The notes beneath the pieces were generated by a model that was not told where the DNA came from, ran no database searches, and saw only the letters and a program-made list of their open reading frames with translations. Below are positions 9,504 to 19,673 of a stretch of DNA of 64,000 bases, in pieces (positions within the stretch are counted from its first letter, which is position 1; each line of letters starts with the position of its first letter). The stretch lies in the sequence record OQ990039. The stretch is one strand, 5' to 3'. The position numbers were made by a program, and so were the translations under genes. This DNA is from Escherichia phage SUT_E420.

Positions 9504-10388
9504 TTACAGTAACTCTTGGTATGCTTTTTGGTACGCCTCAGTGTCAGTAGGTGTATCTTTTGCTAGTGCAATTAGTTCATCTGTTATCTGAATGTTCGTA
9601 TTATAACGTGTGTGGAACTCGTTAGGAATTTCTAGGTATCTATTGATGAATGCTGCAGCAAGCGGTGTGACTAAACCAATCTCTAGAGATAGCTTAACTT
9701 GTTTTTCGTAGATTAAATATTGAGAATCAGATGGGGTTGGTGGGGTTACATCAATTTTCTCGGGTTCTTTTTCTGGAAGCAATGGATTATTATATAATGC
9801 TTCATCTGGAAGCACAGATTTACGCTCTTTAAATATATAAGTTTCTAGATCCGATGCTTTAGATCCTGAGTATACCGCAAAGATGCTAGCTTTACCCTGT
9901 GATGCCCTAACTGGTAAATAACTAGTAGGATAGCTTCTTAATGCATCATGGAATGGACTTCCTGAGTACTTGTATGTATCTCCATAGAGATCATCAATAT
10001 TCATTCGTTCATCTTCAAAGATGTGAAATGACTTAAATGGTGGAATGGTGAAGTATTCCATCTGTAACCCATAAACTAAGAAACGATGTGCATATGCACT
10101 GATTTTTAAGACTGTGAATGCTTTTTCACCTTCTTTATGGGCGTTGCCTTTTGAAGTAACTTGGTAACGTTTACAAAACATCTCTACTAGACGTTTCTCA
10201 TTAATACTAAGGGTGGAGTACAGTCGTCCACTTAATCCTATAAGTGCATCGAACATAAATGCTAGTTTATCTTTTTCTTCCTGGGTTAGTTCAGGAAATG
10301 GAAGTACTTTAGCATCAGGAACACTATTATTTTTCTTAGGTTTTGTTTTACCAGCGTTTTGTCTTAGTTTATCTTTAAAGTTATACAT
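9504..10388 (-). CDS. hypothetical protein
   Basis: 294-aa ORF, first gene of the long minus-strand block. Confidence 0.55.
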   Translation of the reverse strand: MYNFKDKLRQNAGKTKPKKNNSVPDAKVLPFPELTQEEKDKLAFMFDALIGLSGRLYSTLSINEKRLVEMFCKRYQVTSKGNAHKEGEKAFTVLKISAYAHRFLVYGLQMEYFTIPPFKSFHIFEDERMNIDDLYGDTYKYSGSPFHDALRSYPTSYLPVRASQGKASIFAVYSGSKASDLETYIFKERKSVLPDEALYNNPLLPEKEPEKIDVTPPTPSDSQYLIYEKQVKLSLEIGLVTPLAAAFINRYLEIPNEFHTRYNTNIQITDELIALAKDTPTDTEAYQKAYQELL

Positions 10389-10465
10389 TATTATCTCCCA
10401 TTTTTAAGGTCTGGATGACCTTCTTTTTATTTTAGAGCCTCCGTAGAGGCTCATGTATTAGAGGA

Positions 10466-11080
10466 TTAGCTACCTCTCTTATCTTCATTAATAGCAGCTC
10501 CCAACGCCTCCATAATAGCATCCTCTAAACTTCCATGTTTACCAGGATTATTAAAATGAATAGTACAAACAGAACTCCTAGAAACTCCAGCATCCGCAGG
10601 TGCTACGCTTCGCATATCAGATTCAAAAGCTTCTTGAGTATGTTTTAGCTGTACAGATGGGCCGTAATCTTCCACAAACTTATATGACTGCGTACTACTT
10701 ACCACACCCCCACAAGGAATATTGTGCATATCCGACATTAATCTTTTATCGGAGTTATTCAGCATTGCGATTGGTCCGGACGGCCATGAATCTCGAATAG
10801 TTACTGGAGCACTAGGACGGTTCACCTCAGTCTTCACGAGTTTATAACCAGCGTCTATTAGTGCATTAATCAGGTTATCAGCCGGGATGCGAGCCGTGCC
10901 AAAAATCTTACGAGCATCTTCGAGCTTACTCTCAAGATCTTTACAGGCTTTAAGGTCGGTGTGTGCAAATGTTAGCTTCATAGATTTGAATTGTACAGTA
11001 GCAGTTAAATCTTTAAAGCTGTAATCCCATGTGTTCAGTTCATGGTCTGGTACTACTTGAATAGGCTGTTGTGTAAACAT
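10466..11080 (-). CDS. hypothetical protein
   Basis: 204-aa ORF. Confidence 0.55.
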   Translation of the reverse strand: MFTQQPIQVVPDHELNTWDYSFKDLTATVQFKSMKLTFAHTDLKACKDLESKLEDARKIFGTARIPADNLINALIDAGYKLVKTEVNRPSAPVTIRDSWPSGPIAMLNNSDKRLMSDMHNIPCGGVVSSTQSYKFVEDYGPSVQLKHTQEAFESDMRSVAPADAGVSRSSVCTIHFNNPGKHGSLEDAIMEALGAAINEDKRGS

Positions 11081-11265
11081 TATTTATTCTCCAGTTTGTC
11101 TAACAGTTTATGGGCTGCTAGATTATATTGTTTAAGTTCACGGTTAAGGATTTGGTTCTCACACTTTAACTCTAGATTCTTGTTGTTAAGAATGTTGCAG
11201 ATTAGTAGAAGTGCTAGTATTAGTAACAGAGAACCTACGAGCATTAAAAGAAAAAGAGTTTCCAT
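11080..11265 (-). CDS. small membrane protein
   Basis: 61 aa, hydrophobic N-terminus LLMLVGSLLLILALLLI. Confidence 0.45.
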   Translation of the reverse strand: METLFLLMLVGSLLLILALLLICNILNNKNLELKCENQILNRELKQYNLAAHKLLDKLENK

Positions 11266-11498
11266 TATTTGATTCCCATGTAACGTTTAAGATATACGAT
11301 GAAGTCTTCTGCTGTATGCTCTACACTACCTTGAGCTACGAATAGCTTGAGAGCTTCACGTTGTAGTTTGAGCCCCGCTACCTCACCACGTAATTTTACT
11401 ACATCTTCTGCTAATTCTCTGGCTCTACGCATAATAGCAAAAGATACAAGTACTACGATGAATAACATAACTACTAAAATAATTGCTATGATTTCCAT
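11265..11498 (-). CDS. small membrane protein
   Basis: 77 aa, TM segment IIAIILVVMLFIVVLVSFAI. Confidence 0.45.
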   Translation of the reverse strand: MEIIAIILVVMLFIVVLVSFAIMRRARELAEDVVKLRGEVAGLKLQREALKLFVAQGSVEHTAEDFIVYLKRYMGIK

Positions 11499-11776
11499 AC
11501 TAACATCCAGCTTTTATCACACATTTGGGCATGATCTATCAATTCATTCATTGATGTATTGTTATCATAAATGCACTCTAGTATATACCTTCTGTCAAAT
11601 TCGTCAACCAAATATTCTACGTTATTTATTACTACTTTATACAGATCTGGGACTAGAGAGCATGTATTTGGTATGGGGCGGCTGCTTAATTCTATTTCAT
11701 TATAGCCCCATGTTGTTTTAAATAGTTTGTTACTAAGTGCTGCTAATGGATTTGACCATATAATATAGCTACTCAC
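11486..11776 (-). CDS. hypothetical protein
   Basis: 96-aa ORF overlapping neighbours by a few codons. Confidence 0.45.
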   Translation of the reverse strand: MSSYIIWSNPLAALSNKLFKTTWGYNEIELSSRPIPNTCSLVPDLYKVVINNVEYLVDEFDRRYILECIYDNNTSMNELIDHAQMCDKSWMLVWKS

Positions 11777-12215
11777 TATTTATCTCCATTCTTAACTTTG
11801 AAAACTTATTATACCAAACTATATGATTATCGTCAATTACAAATTTATGATAACATGCTGGTACGGTATAAGTTCCATAATCCGTGACACGCTGCACAAC
11901 CTTGTGTGCGCACAGTCGACAACCATGCCCTTCTAAATGAGATCTAGCAGTTTGCCAGTAATAACCATCATGATCTGGACAATAGATCTCGACTTGCTGT
12001 TGCATTGTTTTATAATTTACATGCTCATATCCAAAGAAAGCTCCATGAACTGCAACAGCTTTCTTGATAAATATAATATTTAGTGCTTCTTGTTGAAAGT
12101 CGGGATGTAGCTGCTTAATCTTGGTTCTATTAATAGACCCATCCGATTTGATAAACCTATTTATTGGGAAGTTGTTAGCTTCCTCGATTAATAATTCATT
12201 TATTTTATCACGCAT
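11769..12215 (-). CDS. hypothetical protein with Cys/His cluster
   Basis: 148 aa; CPDHDGYYWQTARSHLEGHGCRLCAHK suggests a metal-binding site. Confidence 0.5.
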   Translation of the reverse strand: MRDKINELLIEEANNFPINRFIKSDGSINRTKIKQLHPDFQQEALNIIFIKKAVAVHGAFFGYEHVNYKTMQQQVEIYCPDHDGYYWQTARSHLEGHGCRLCAHKVVQRVTDYGTYTVPACYHKFVIDDNHIVWYNKFSKLRMEINSE

Positions 12216-12216
12216 G

Positions 12217-12435
12217 TTACTTATTAAATAACTTATTTAGTTTGCAGTATAAGTCTTTTGCTTGTTCTTCGGATAGCCAAATAATATTGGGGGATGTTCC
12301 TCCACCTTTTTGAGCTAATCGTACTGTTTTATTTTTGCTTATTTCACAGGTTACAGCAGATTGATCTTCCGTAGGGCTATATCTAGCCTTTAGGTAGTTA
12401 TCTAATGTTTTCATACTAAGTTCCTTGAAACACAA
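12217..12435 (-). CDS. hypothetical protein
   Basis: 72-aa ORF. Confidence 0.45.
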   Translation of the reverse strand: MCFKELSMKTLDNYLKARYSPTEDQSAVTCEISKNKTVRLAQKGGGTSPNIIWLSEEQAKDLYCKLNKLFNK

Positions 12436-12468
12436 AAGGTCAGAACAATTAAGTCCTGGCCTCTAGAA

Positions 12469-12906
12469 TTAGTGGAGTTGTTTACCACTTCTTAAAATAG
12501 TGGCCGTTTCCATAAGATTTAACGTTATATCACGCTTTTTGATTTGTTTGTCCAGTTCATCGGTACGTTTGCCAATGTAAGCGTTAATAGCCATATTCAT
12601 AGCTGAGGCGAGATCTTCTTTGGTTATCTCTTCATTATCTAAAGCTAATTTAGCTAAAGAATCGAAAGTACTAGAAAGTCCTATAAGATCTGAGGTTTCA
12701 CTGGCCAAAATAGGGTTAATATTATCTATTGTTACTTCCAACATAGAGTTAACAATATCTTCTCCGTCTACTAGACCAGATTCAATATTACTCTCCCATT
12801 CCTTCATCTGCTCCAGCAATGGATTTTTCTTTTCTGTCATGGTAGAGGTTTCCTGTGTCAGTTGGTAAGAAAGCCGATTGAGCTTTAGGTGGATGTTGTT
12901 TAGCAA
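12469..12906 (-). CDS. hypothetical protein
   Basis: 145-aa ORF; N-terminus overlaps upstream gene, true start probably an internal Met near 12840. Confidence 0.45.
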   Translation of the reverse strand: MLNNIHLKLNRLSYQLTQETSTMTEKKNPLLEQMKEWESNIESGLVDGEDIVNSMLEVTIDNINPILASETSDLIGLSSTFDSLAKLALDNEEITKEDLASAMNMAINAYIGKRTDELDKQIKKRDITLNLMETATILRSGKQLH

Positions 12907-13249
12907 TCCAGTTAAGAATCAGTACACGACTAGGAACAATATCGGTATTATACCAGAAATCATGAACCCATTGACGAGCATCCTCAAACTTACCAAATTT
13001 ATACGCTTTCTTGAACAATTCAAACCCAAAACAATCTGGTGTAAAATCTACTTCACGATATTGAATTACTTTAGAACCAGTTAAATCTTGGATAGCTGCA
13101 TTAATTTCTGTATGGGAGAATTTTGTTTCGTGAAACTTATTAAAGAATCGGTAGTTGAAACGTCCGTTCGTTTCGACAAATAACTGGATAAAGAGATCGT
13201 TAAATTGGTTATCAAACCAGTAATTCTGTAGTTGTTGTAGTGCTGTCAT
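12788..13249 (-). CDS. hypothetical protein
   Basis: 153-aa ORF. Confidence 0.5.
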   Translation of the reverse strand: MTALQQLQNYWFDNQFNDLFIQLFVETNGRFNYRFFNKFHETKFSHTEINAAIQDLTGSKVIQYREVDFTPDCFGFELFKKAYKFGKFEDARQWVHDFWYNTDIVPSRVLILNWIAKQHPPKAQSAFLPTDTGNLYHDRKEKSIAGADEGMGE

Positions 13250-13446
13250 TTACGAACTCCGTTAATTGCCACGATGATGCCTTCGTACATAAAAGGAAGT
13301 AGTTTAGAAGTGTAGAAGATATTTTCCGTTATTCCTAGATGTCGAAAAAGTATATTAAATAATGCTGTTAGAAATACAATCTGAGGCAGTAATACAAAAT
13401 ACTCAGTTACAATCTTTGGTGCCTGATAAACAAGACGTTTTATCAT
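13246..13446 (-). CDS. small membrane protein
   Basis: 66 aa, hydrophobic. Confidence 0.45.
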   Translation of the reverse strand: MIKRLVYQAPKIVTEYFVLLPQIVFLTALFNILFRHLGITENIFYTSKLLPFMYEGIIVAINGVRK

Positions 13447-13545
13447 TGTTTTTAAGTCTCCTTATTACTTTGGCCTGCTCCACAATAATAAAAACTGCGA
13501 GCACTAATAGTGCTAGTAGCCCCGCAGTAATTGGTACTAAATCAA

Positions 13546-13872
13546 TCATGGGAGACGCCATACGTAATTAGCTGTCTGTAGGATCTTAGGTGTGTCATCA
13601 TGATACATTACTACAGACTTTGGTGAATAACTATCAGCTAGTTCTTTACGAATCATTTCACACTCTTCACCAGTATCAATATTTTTAACTATCACTTTCA
13701 TATTAAGTGGTGTTAATACAGAAAGTGGTTTCCAAGAGTCCTCAATCTCAATTCCTACCTTTTTCTCAATTATCATGAGAACTTCCAATGTATCATCTGG
13801 AATACTAATATTATTATTCACAAACTGTAATATCTCATGTAAGGTATTTAATTCATTAAAATTAAGCTTCAT
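13546..13872 (-). CDS. hypothetical protein
   Basis: 108-aa ORF. Confidence 0.5.
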   Translation of the reverse strand: MKLNFNELNTLHEILQFVNNNISIPDDTLEVLMIIEKKVGIEIEDSWKPLSVLTPLNMKVIVKNIDTGEECEMIRKELADSYSPKSVVMYHDDTPKILQTANYVWRLP

Positions 13873-14107
13873 CTTTAATAATATCCTCTACCATATCACA
13901 AGACTGTTGCAATTCATCAGCAATACGTTTAACATCGGTTTTTGTTACTTTACCGATTAGCATTACCAGTAACATAGAAAAGATAATAAAAGGTACTGGA
14001 ATAACAAATAATGCTACCTTAGCTACATTCTTTGGTGTCCATGTATGGTACTTAGTAACTAGTACACCAACCACAACTAAATAAAATGCGAGAATAAACA
14101 TCATCAT
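13862..14107 (-). CDS. small membrane protein
   Basis: 81 aa, two hydrophobic segments. Confidence 0.45.
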   Translation of the reverse strand: MMMFILAFYLVVVGVLVTKYHTWTPKNVAKVALFVIPVPFIIFSMLLVMLIGKVTKTDVKRIADELQQSCDMVEDIIKDEA

Positions 14108-14385
14108 TTTTTAATCTCCGTAATTATCTGTGCACGCATTACTTTATTAGGTAGTTTTGTATTCCCAGCTATTGCTTCAATATTGTTTAGTTTTTCTTTT
14201 AGAATATCTGAGCGTCTTTGCGTTAGCTCAATATCTTGTTCTTGTTCTATTAAGCGACAGTGGAGTCCACTATTAGTAATACGCATACTCTCCATATTTT
14301 TTCGTATGCTTACAATACCAATAACCCCACCAATCGCTGCTAGTGTCATAAGCACTAGCAGTCCAATAAGAATTTCTATAATCAT
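14104..14385 (-). CDS. membrane protein with coiled coil
   Basis: 93 aa, N-terminal TM IIEILIGLLVLMTLAAIGGVIGIV. Confidence 0.45.
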   Translation of the reverse strand: MIIEILIGLLVLMTLAAIGGVIGIVSIRKNMESMRITNSGLHCRLIEQEQDIELTQRRSDILKEKLNNIEAIAGNTKLPNKVMRAQIITEIKK

Positions 14386-14807
14386 TTGTCCGTTACTCCA
14401 TTACTACATTTAATGTAGGGGCTTACAGTTTCGTAGAATTTAATCTTGACTAAAGATCCGTTAACTGCTCTACAAAATCTCTTACCCTCTTCAATTTGAA
14501 GTTTGGCCTCAATTGAATCTTCCATTTTGTAGGCATCTACTACTTCAACCCCAGAATCTTTAGATAAGGCTTCATCTAGTTTTATTTGCCTGAGCACAAG
14601 GTCTACTTCTGCAAGCATTATTTTATGTTTTGATAGTAACTTATTGCTTTCTGCCCTAGCTTTAATTTCTGGACTGATATGTTCCTCTATTACAACTTCC
14701 TTCACTTCGTCACGTTGATTAAGTATATAGTCGGTAACACCAATCGATATTGCTAAAGAAAGCAGCGAGTTAACTGCTATAGTATAGAAAAATTGGCCAT
14801 TAGTCAT
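14382..14807 (-). CDS. membrane-anchored hypothetical protein
   Basis: 141 aa, N-terminal hydrophobic segment. Confidence 0.5.
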   Translation of the reverse strand: MTNGQFFYTIAVNSLLSLAISIGVTDYILNQRDEVKEVVIEEHISPEIKARAESNKLLSKHKIMLAEVDLVLRQIKLDEALSKDSGVEVVDAYKMEDSIEAKLQIEEGKRFCRAVNGSLVKIKFYETVSPYIKCSNGVTDK

Positions 14808-15076
14808 TATTTCTTACCTTTCAGTTGCTTAACTTCACGCTCAAAAGATGCTGCACGACGTTCGGCAGTTGCCTGATGCTCTTTCGCAAAACGTGCTTCC
14901 TGTTTTGCGAGGTTGAACGCCATAGCATTCTTATTCAGAGAATCATACATCTTTTTCATTGCCGGAATAGACATCTTCATGAGCTGACCCTCAAAACCCT
15001 GCATGTCGAGGAGAATTGCCAGAACGTTAGCCATTTCATTTTTAGTCATGTTTTCCATTAGAATTTCCTCTCTCAT
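14807..15076 (-). CDS. hypothetical protein
   Basis: 89 aa, preceded by promoter at 15091-15119. Confidence 0.5.
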   Translation of the reverse strand: MREEILMENMTKNEMANVLAILLDMQGFEGQLMKMSIPAMKKMYDSLNKNAMAFNLAKQEARFAKEHQATAERRAASFEREVKQLKGKK

Positions 15077-15090
15077 TAATTTATGAACTT

Positions 15091-15119
15091 ATTATACAGA
15101 ATTTTAAGGCTTAAAGCAA
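15091..15119 (-). promoter_or_regulatory. T5-early-type sigma70 promoter (-35 TTGCTT, 17 bp, -10 TATAAT)
   Basis: Plus strand shows ATTATA then 17 bp then AAGCAA; conserved leader ATAAATTGA...GAGG before start codon. Confidence 0.6.
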
Positions 15120-15136
15120 CTGAATTTTTTAATTAC

Positions 15137-15745
15137 TTACCAATCGTTAACAACGCCGGAGAACTCAGAAGCAAAAACCTTTTCAAATTTCTCTGCAATT
15201 TCAGGATGATCTTTGCAGATCAGCTCAATACATGCTTCTGGAGTCATTCCTTCATCTTCAGGATCACCGTAGTATTTGTCCCAAAGATCATCAGGGATGA
15301 TATGCTCCGCCAAATCTTGGAAAGAGATTAACTGATAACGTTCTGCTTCCTCAGCGATAAGAATTTCGCACAGATCTTTATCTATATCGCTACGATAATC
15401 CGCAATTAATAGGGCATTGCAAGCATGGCATTCCCAGACCATCAAACGTTCAGAGATAGGATTAGACTTATCTTGAACGTAAGACTGGAACAAGGTTCGG
15501 AAAGTTGCCTTAACTTGTTCNNNNNNNNNNNNNNNNNNNNNNNNNNNNNNNNNNNNNNNNNNNNNNNNNNNNNNNNNNNNNNNNNNNNNNNNNNNNNNNN
15601 NNNNNNNNNNNNNNNNNNNNAAACGTTCAGAGATAGGATTAGACTTATCTTGAACGTAAGACTGGAACAAGGTTCGGAAAGTTGCCTTAACTTGTTCAAA
15701 CTTATCTGCTGCTGCGAAAACTAGAGCTTTATCAACTTTGTTCAT
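15137..15745 (-). CDS. hypothetical protein (inflated by N-gap 15521-15620 and duplicated flank)
   Basis: 202-aa ORF contains X run and repeated 25-aa segment; true length about 143 aa. Confidence 0.45.
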   Translation of the reverse strand: MNKVDKALVFAAADKFEQVKATFRTLFQSYVQDKSNPISERXXXXXXXXXXXXXXXXXXXXXXXXXXXXXXXXXXEQVKATFRTLFQSYVQDKSNPISERLMVWECHACNALLIADYRSDIDKDLCEILIAEEAERYQLISFQDLAEHIIPDDLWDKYYGDPEDEGMTPEACIELICKDHPEIAEKFEKVFASEFSGVVNDW

Positions 15746-15775
15746 TTTGATTCCTTCTCATCAATTTATAAAGTA

Positions 15776-15804
15776 ATTATACAGAAACTTAGGCATTTTA
15801 GCAA
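15776..15804 (-). promoter_or_regulatory. T5-early-type sigma70 promoter (-35 TTGCTA, -10 TATAAT)
   Basis: Hexamers 17 bp apart; overlaps a 10-bp inverted repeat AGGCATTTTA/TAAAATGCCT. Confidence 0.6.
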
Positions 15805-15912
15805 ATAAAACTTTTAATTAAAATGCCTAATCCTGTACCAATAGCAATACAAATGATTATAAGTATTGCTATCGCTTGTATAATTCGTTTAATAATAGCC
15901 TCAGCTATATAC

Positions 15913-16503
15913 TCAGACATTTATATCACCACGCAATACAGCAGCTACGTCTTCCCCTATTTGTAATACCTCGCCGGTAGTACAATTAACTACTCTATCG
16001 TAACTAGTAAACTTACCAGACACAATATCTTCTAGTGGAATTGGAGTTTTACTCATTTCAAATGAGACATTGATATAACGTGGATCACGTAGAGAAGTAG
16101 TATGTACGTGTCCGTGAATATTTAGTTTGCCACGAAGTTCATTAGGGTGCAAAGGGCAGTGAGATAGCCAAAACTTTTTGCCACCTCCAGTCTGTTTACC
16201 TAGAGCCTGAATATCGTCATAAACTTCCGCCAAGTCCCTAATGCTCAGTCCCTGACGTTCTGCATCATGATTACCCATAATCAGTTGATTAGGAACATTG
16301 TGGATAACCGACTTTAATTTAGCTAGACCTTCACGACCTACTGCAATATCTCCTAGCAAAATAAGTTTTGTTCGTTTACCAATATGCTTGGACAAAGTAT
16401 CTAGAATATACTCATCGTGCTCTTTCATGTTCTTAAACCACGGACGGAAACGTAACGCTCCAGGGTGGTCTAGGTGCAAGTCTGACCAGAATTTAACTTT
16501 CAT
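15913..16503 (-). CDS. calcineurin-like metallophosphoesterase
   Basis: 196 aa; DLHLD, GNHD and GHVH metal-binding motifs. Confidence 0.7.
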   Translation of the reverse strand: MKVKFWSDLHLDHPGALRFRPWFKNMKEHDEYILDTLSKHIGKRTKLILLGDIAVGREGLAKLKSVIHNVPNQLIMGNHDAERQGLSIRDLAEVYDDIQALGKQTGGGKKFWLSHCPLHPNELRGKLNIHGHVHTTSLRDPRYINVSFEMSKTPIPLEDIVSGKFTSYDRVVNCTTGEVLQIGEDVAAVLRGDINV

Positions 16504-16792
16504 TACTCTTTTCCTTATTCTGTATTAAACTATCAACCCAAGAGGTTAACACTTTGGTTTTAAACTCCTCGGAAGTCTCTCCTTCCTTAAGGTCTACCTC
16601 ATTAAGATAGGTAGTAAGCCTTGTTTCTACCTCTATTTCAGTAGGAGAATTAAAACAAAAATTGACTGCTATCCCAGAATATATTACCCCCGTATCTCCT
16701 TTGACGAAAGTATTAACTAATGCCCTCCAACGAAGGGCATCAATACGCATTGCTCGTAATTCTTCTCGTACTTCTTTCATTCTATCATTCAT
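16493..16792 (-). CDS. hypothetical protein
   Basis: 99-aa ORF. Confidence 0.5.
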   Translation of the reverse strand: MNDRMKEVREELRAMRIDALRWRALVNTFVKGDTGVIYSGIAVNFCFNSPTEIEVETRLTTYLNEVDLKEGETSEEFKTKVLTSWVDSLIQNKEKSNES

Positions 16793-17667
16793 TAAAGAAT
16801 CCTCTGTACACCACAGCTATCTTCCCGGAGTGTAGTAAATGTGGTGATTTTGCCCGTTTCATCATTAACTTGCGCAACCGTCAACTGCCCGTTGAAAACA
16901 CCGCCAGTATCAAGGTAAACACGGTTTTTATAAAGAAGTGGGTAAGGTACTCCAGTATGCCCATGAAACACGAAATCTACCCCTTTAACTTCTGGCACTT
17001 CTACCATATATTTTTCTTTAAATCCTGAATAACGCTGGAAATACGGGTGTTCCTCACCATTTTTGGACAAGTAGAAGCCTATTTCTTGGATTACATCTCG
17101 ATCCCATAAATATGGTTCAATATGGTATCCAGGATGGTCATGTGGGTCTTCCTTAGCTGCTTCTACTTGTGCAATAAGATTATCCCATACTGGGGTTTCT
17201 ACTTCATTACCACATTCTTTGTACGTAAAAGGTACACCACCATGAACAACACCATACTTCTTACCACGATGCCTAACAGTTAGGAATACTGGCATTTTTT
17301 CAGCCATATCTTCGGCGATATTTTTAATGGTGTCTGCATCCAGCTCTTCCATAGCCCATATACCACCGTTATACATCCAATTAGCCCAATCTCCTGCAAT
17401 CATAAATTGGTCGTGATTACCACGGACACTGATAAAATGTGGATTATACAGGAATTTGGCTAAAACTTGTAGGTTTTGTGTGCCTCGGTCAATTAAGTCA
17501 CCAACACATACTAAGCAATCTTTCTTGCTATTATACCCAGCTAATTTCAACGCATCTTCCAGCAAATCATTGCATCCATGAATATCACCAACGAAAAACA
17601 AGTTGGCATCATCTGGCACTACTAGAGTTTTATGTACATTAAATTCTTTTTTCATAATTATTCCCAA
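16792..17667 (-). CDS. serine/threonine protein phosphatase (PPP family)
   Basis: 291 aa; GDIHGC, GDLIDRG and GNHD motifs. Confidence 0.8.
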   Translation of the reverse strand: MGIIMKKEFNVHKTLVVPDDANLFFVGDIHGCNDLLEDALKLAGYNSKKDCLVCVGDLIDRGTQNLQVLAKFLYNPHFISVRGNHDQFMIAGDWANWMYNGGIWAMEELDADTIKNIAEDMAEKMPVFLTVRHRGKKYGVVHGGVPFTYKECGNEVETPVWDNLIAQVEAAKEDPHDHPGYHIEPYLWDRDVIQEIGFYLSKNGEEHPYFQRYSGFKEKYMVEVPEVKGVDFVFHGHTGVPYPLLYKNRVYLDTGGVFNGQLTVAQVNDETGKITTFTTLREDSCGVQRIL

Positions 17668-17903
17668 ATAACAGTTAAAATAGTTGTGCCATACTCATTA
17701 GATAGTTGGAGAGTATAACCCTCTTTATAGAGGGCTTTTATAGCTTCATAACTAATTTCATCACGATTAAACTGTACAAAAGAACCTCCAATCTCCACAG
17801 AAGAAACTATTCTCTTTTTAACATACTTATATGGTTTCTTTCTGCTCTTAAGAATTGCAGCTCTATTTATCCTAGCTAAACGTTTTGCTTGTTCCGCTAA
17901 CAT
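17658..17903 (-). CDS. hypothetical protein
   Basis: 81-aa ORF. Confidence 0.45.
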   Translation of the reverse strand: MLAEQAKRLARINRAAILKSRKKPYKYVKKRIVSSVEIGGSFVQFNRDEISYEAIKALYKEGYTLQLSNEYGTTILTVIWE

Positions 17904-18036
17904 TTAATTATCTCCAGTGGTTAGTATGCTTCTCAGCTTCCTCATCGTTAGGCTCAAAGACAACATGGCAGTCAACTGCTTCCCAAAAAGCCTCACGGAT
18001 TAAAGAGTTTTTAGCTGAAATGTCTAATTCTCCCCA

Positions 18037-18285
18037 CTATTCTAAAGTCTCTAGGTCTGTATCAACTTCGGTATCACAGCCAACCAGCCCCAAAGAGACA
18101 ACAATAGTAACGCGATCTTCACGCTGTTCGGGATAAACATCAGCATATTCCCAAGCAGCTTCTTCAACATAATATTGTTGTTCCTTTTCTGGAAGTGACT
18201 TATACTTTTCTTCTGTAATACCCATCTCAACGGCGCGAGTACCACAAACTACATTGTTATTAATAATTAGATATGCATAGTTCAT
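18037..18285 (-). CDS. hypothetical protein
   Basis: 82-aa acidic ORF. Confidence 0.45.
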   Translation of the reverse strand: MNYAYLIINNNVVCGTRAVEMGITEEKYKSLPEKEQQYYVEEAAWEYADVYPEQREDRVTIVVSLGLVGCDTEVDTDLETLE

Positions 18286-18427
18286 CGTAATACTCCTATT
18301 TCTTGAGTGGCAAAGATGTCCATTAATATGGCTAAAATCCCTGCAAAGATAGGTGGCGTAAGCATATTAATGGCTCTCTTATCAATTTATATAAGTATTA
18401 TACCAAAATTTTTAGCAAAAAGCAAGT

Positions 18428-18459
18428 AAAATAAAAGCCTGATCTGCTAAGATCAGGCT
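18428..18459 (-). terminator. rho-independent terminator (bidirectional hairpin)
   Basis: Stem AGCCTGATC/GATCAGGCT with T-runs on both sides, just downstream of redoxin gene. Confidence 0.65.
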
Positions 18460-18466
18460 TTGTTTA

Positions 18467-18757
18467 TTAGTCCTCTGGATTATCATCCAGGAAATTTTTA
18501 ATAGCTTCGTGCATAGTTTCTTTACGAAGCTGACGTCCAATCAAAATATGGTTAGCTTCTACTCGACCATTAGGTAAGCGATCTGCCAGAACTACTACAG
18601 GAACTTGGCGCACACCAAATTTCTGCATTAATTCTGTATTATCAGTCTCTTTATGGATTTCCAAATTATAGTCATTGACTACTTTATCAAATACTGGCTC
18701 AAACATTTTGCAAGGATTGCAAGTGGAACCTTTTAATAGGTATACTAATTTACTCAT
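18467..18757 (-). CDS. thioredoxin/glutaredoxin-like redoxin
   Basis: 96 aa; CNPC active-site-like motif near N-terminus; plausible ribonucleotide reductase electron donor. Confidence 0.55.
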   Translation of the reverse strand: MSKLVYLLKGSTCNPCKMFEPVFDKVVNDYNLEIHKETDNTELMQKFGVRQVPVVVLADRLPNGRVEANHILIGRQLRKETMHEAIKNFLDDNPED

Positions 18758-19181
18758 AGTTATTAATGGCCTCTAAGAAGTTTTTCATAGTTTTTACGGT
18801 TGCGGTGCTCAGATCAAGATTTACACCCAAACACTCGGTTAATGCTTCCTGATAAGGAGCTTTTAATCTGCCTTCCGGGACTTCTACCTTCTTATATTCT
18901 TTATTTTTGACCTTTTTAATCATAGTCTCTAGTACAAGAAGCGGTAATTTAGCACCTTCAATATCAGTACCCAAAAGTTCAGTTAAAATTTTATTAAGAT
19001 CAAGACGAGTTAACTTTTTGCCCTTAGACATAGATGCACCTACCTTTGTATCAATAGATTTTTCCGCTTTCTTTTCGAGCTTTTTGTACTCAGGAGAGTC
19101 ATGATCACGGAGTGCAATGTTTAGCTCGTAATGTGGTATACGAAAATGTTCCGCCATTTGAGTATAGAAACGATCAGACAT
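18750..19181 (-). CDS. hypothetical protein
   Basis: 143-aa ORF. Confidence 0.5.
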   Translation of the reverse strand: MSDRFYTQMAEHFRIPHYELNIALRDHDSPEYKKLEKKAEKSIDTKVGASMSKGKKLTRLDLNKILTELLGTDIEGAKLPLLVLETMIKKVKNKEYKKVEVPEGRLKAPYQEALTECLGVNLDLSTATVKTMKNFLEAINNYE

Positions 19182-19256
19182 AATATATACCTCTCTTAAC
19201 TAATTTATGTATATATTATATAATAACTAGGGCTAAAAGTCAACTACTTTTTTATC

Positions 19257-19673
19257 TTAATCTACTGCATGTATAAATTTTTTCCTAACTAGATACATAG
19301 TTATTGGGTAAATTGAGTACATAAGTATCGGGGAGAAAAGGGTGAAATACGCTGTAACTCCCCCAGCTAACATCAAAGGTATTAATGCTAGAGTAAGGGC
19401 CATAAGAATCATACCGAATGAAACAGCCAAAGCTATGGATATAGGATTCTCTAGTTCCATCCATAACCAACAATATTTCGTATCTCTATGGCAATTGCAT
19501 TTACAAACGCCGAATGAACCCATAATTATATACTCTAGTCCGTGAATAACCTTTATTAATAAGCTATTTCGGGTAGTTAATGCAATGATAGTAAAGACTA
19601 TCATTAAAACGAATACTACTAGACTTATTTTCCAGATACCTAGCAGCATCATAGTGAATAGTTCTGCAAACAT
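19257..19673 (-). CDS. multi-pass membrane protein
   Basis: 138 aa, several hydrophobic helices. Confidence 0.5.
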   Translation of the reverse strand: MFAELFTMMLLGIWKISLVVFVLMIVFTIIALTTRNSLLIKVIHGLEYIIMGSFGVCKCNCHRDTKYCWLWMELENPISIALAVSFGMILMALTLALIPLMLAGGVTAYFTLFSPILMYSIYPITMYLVRKKFIHAVD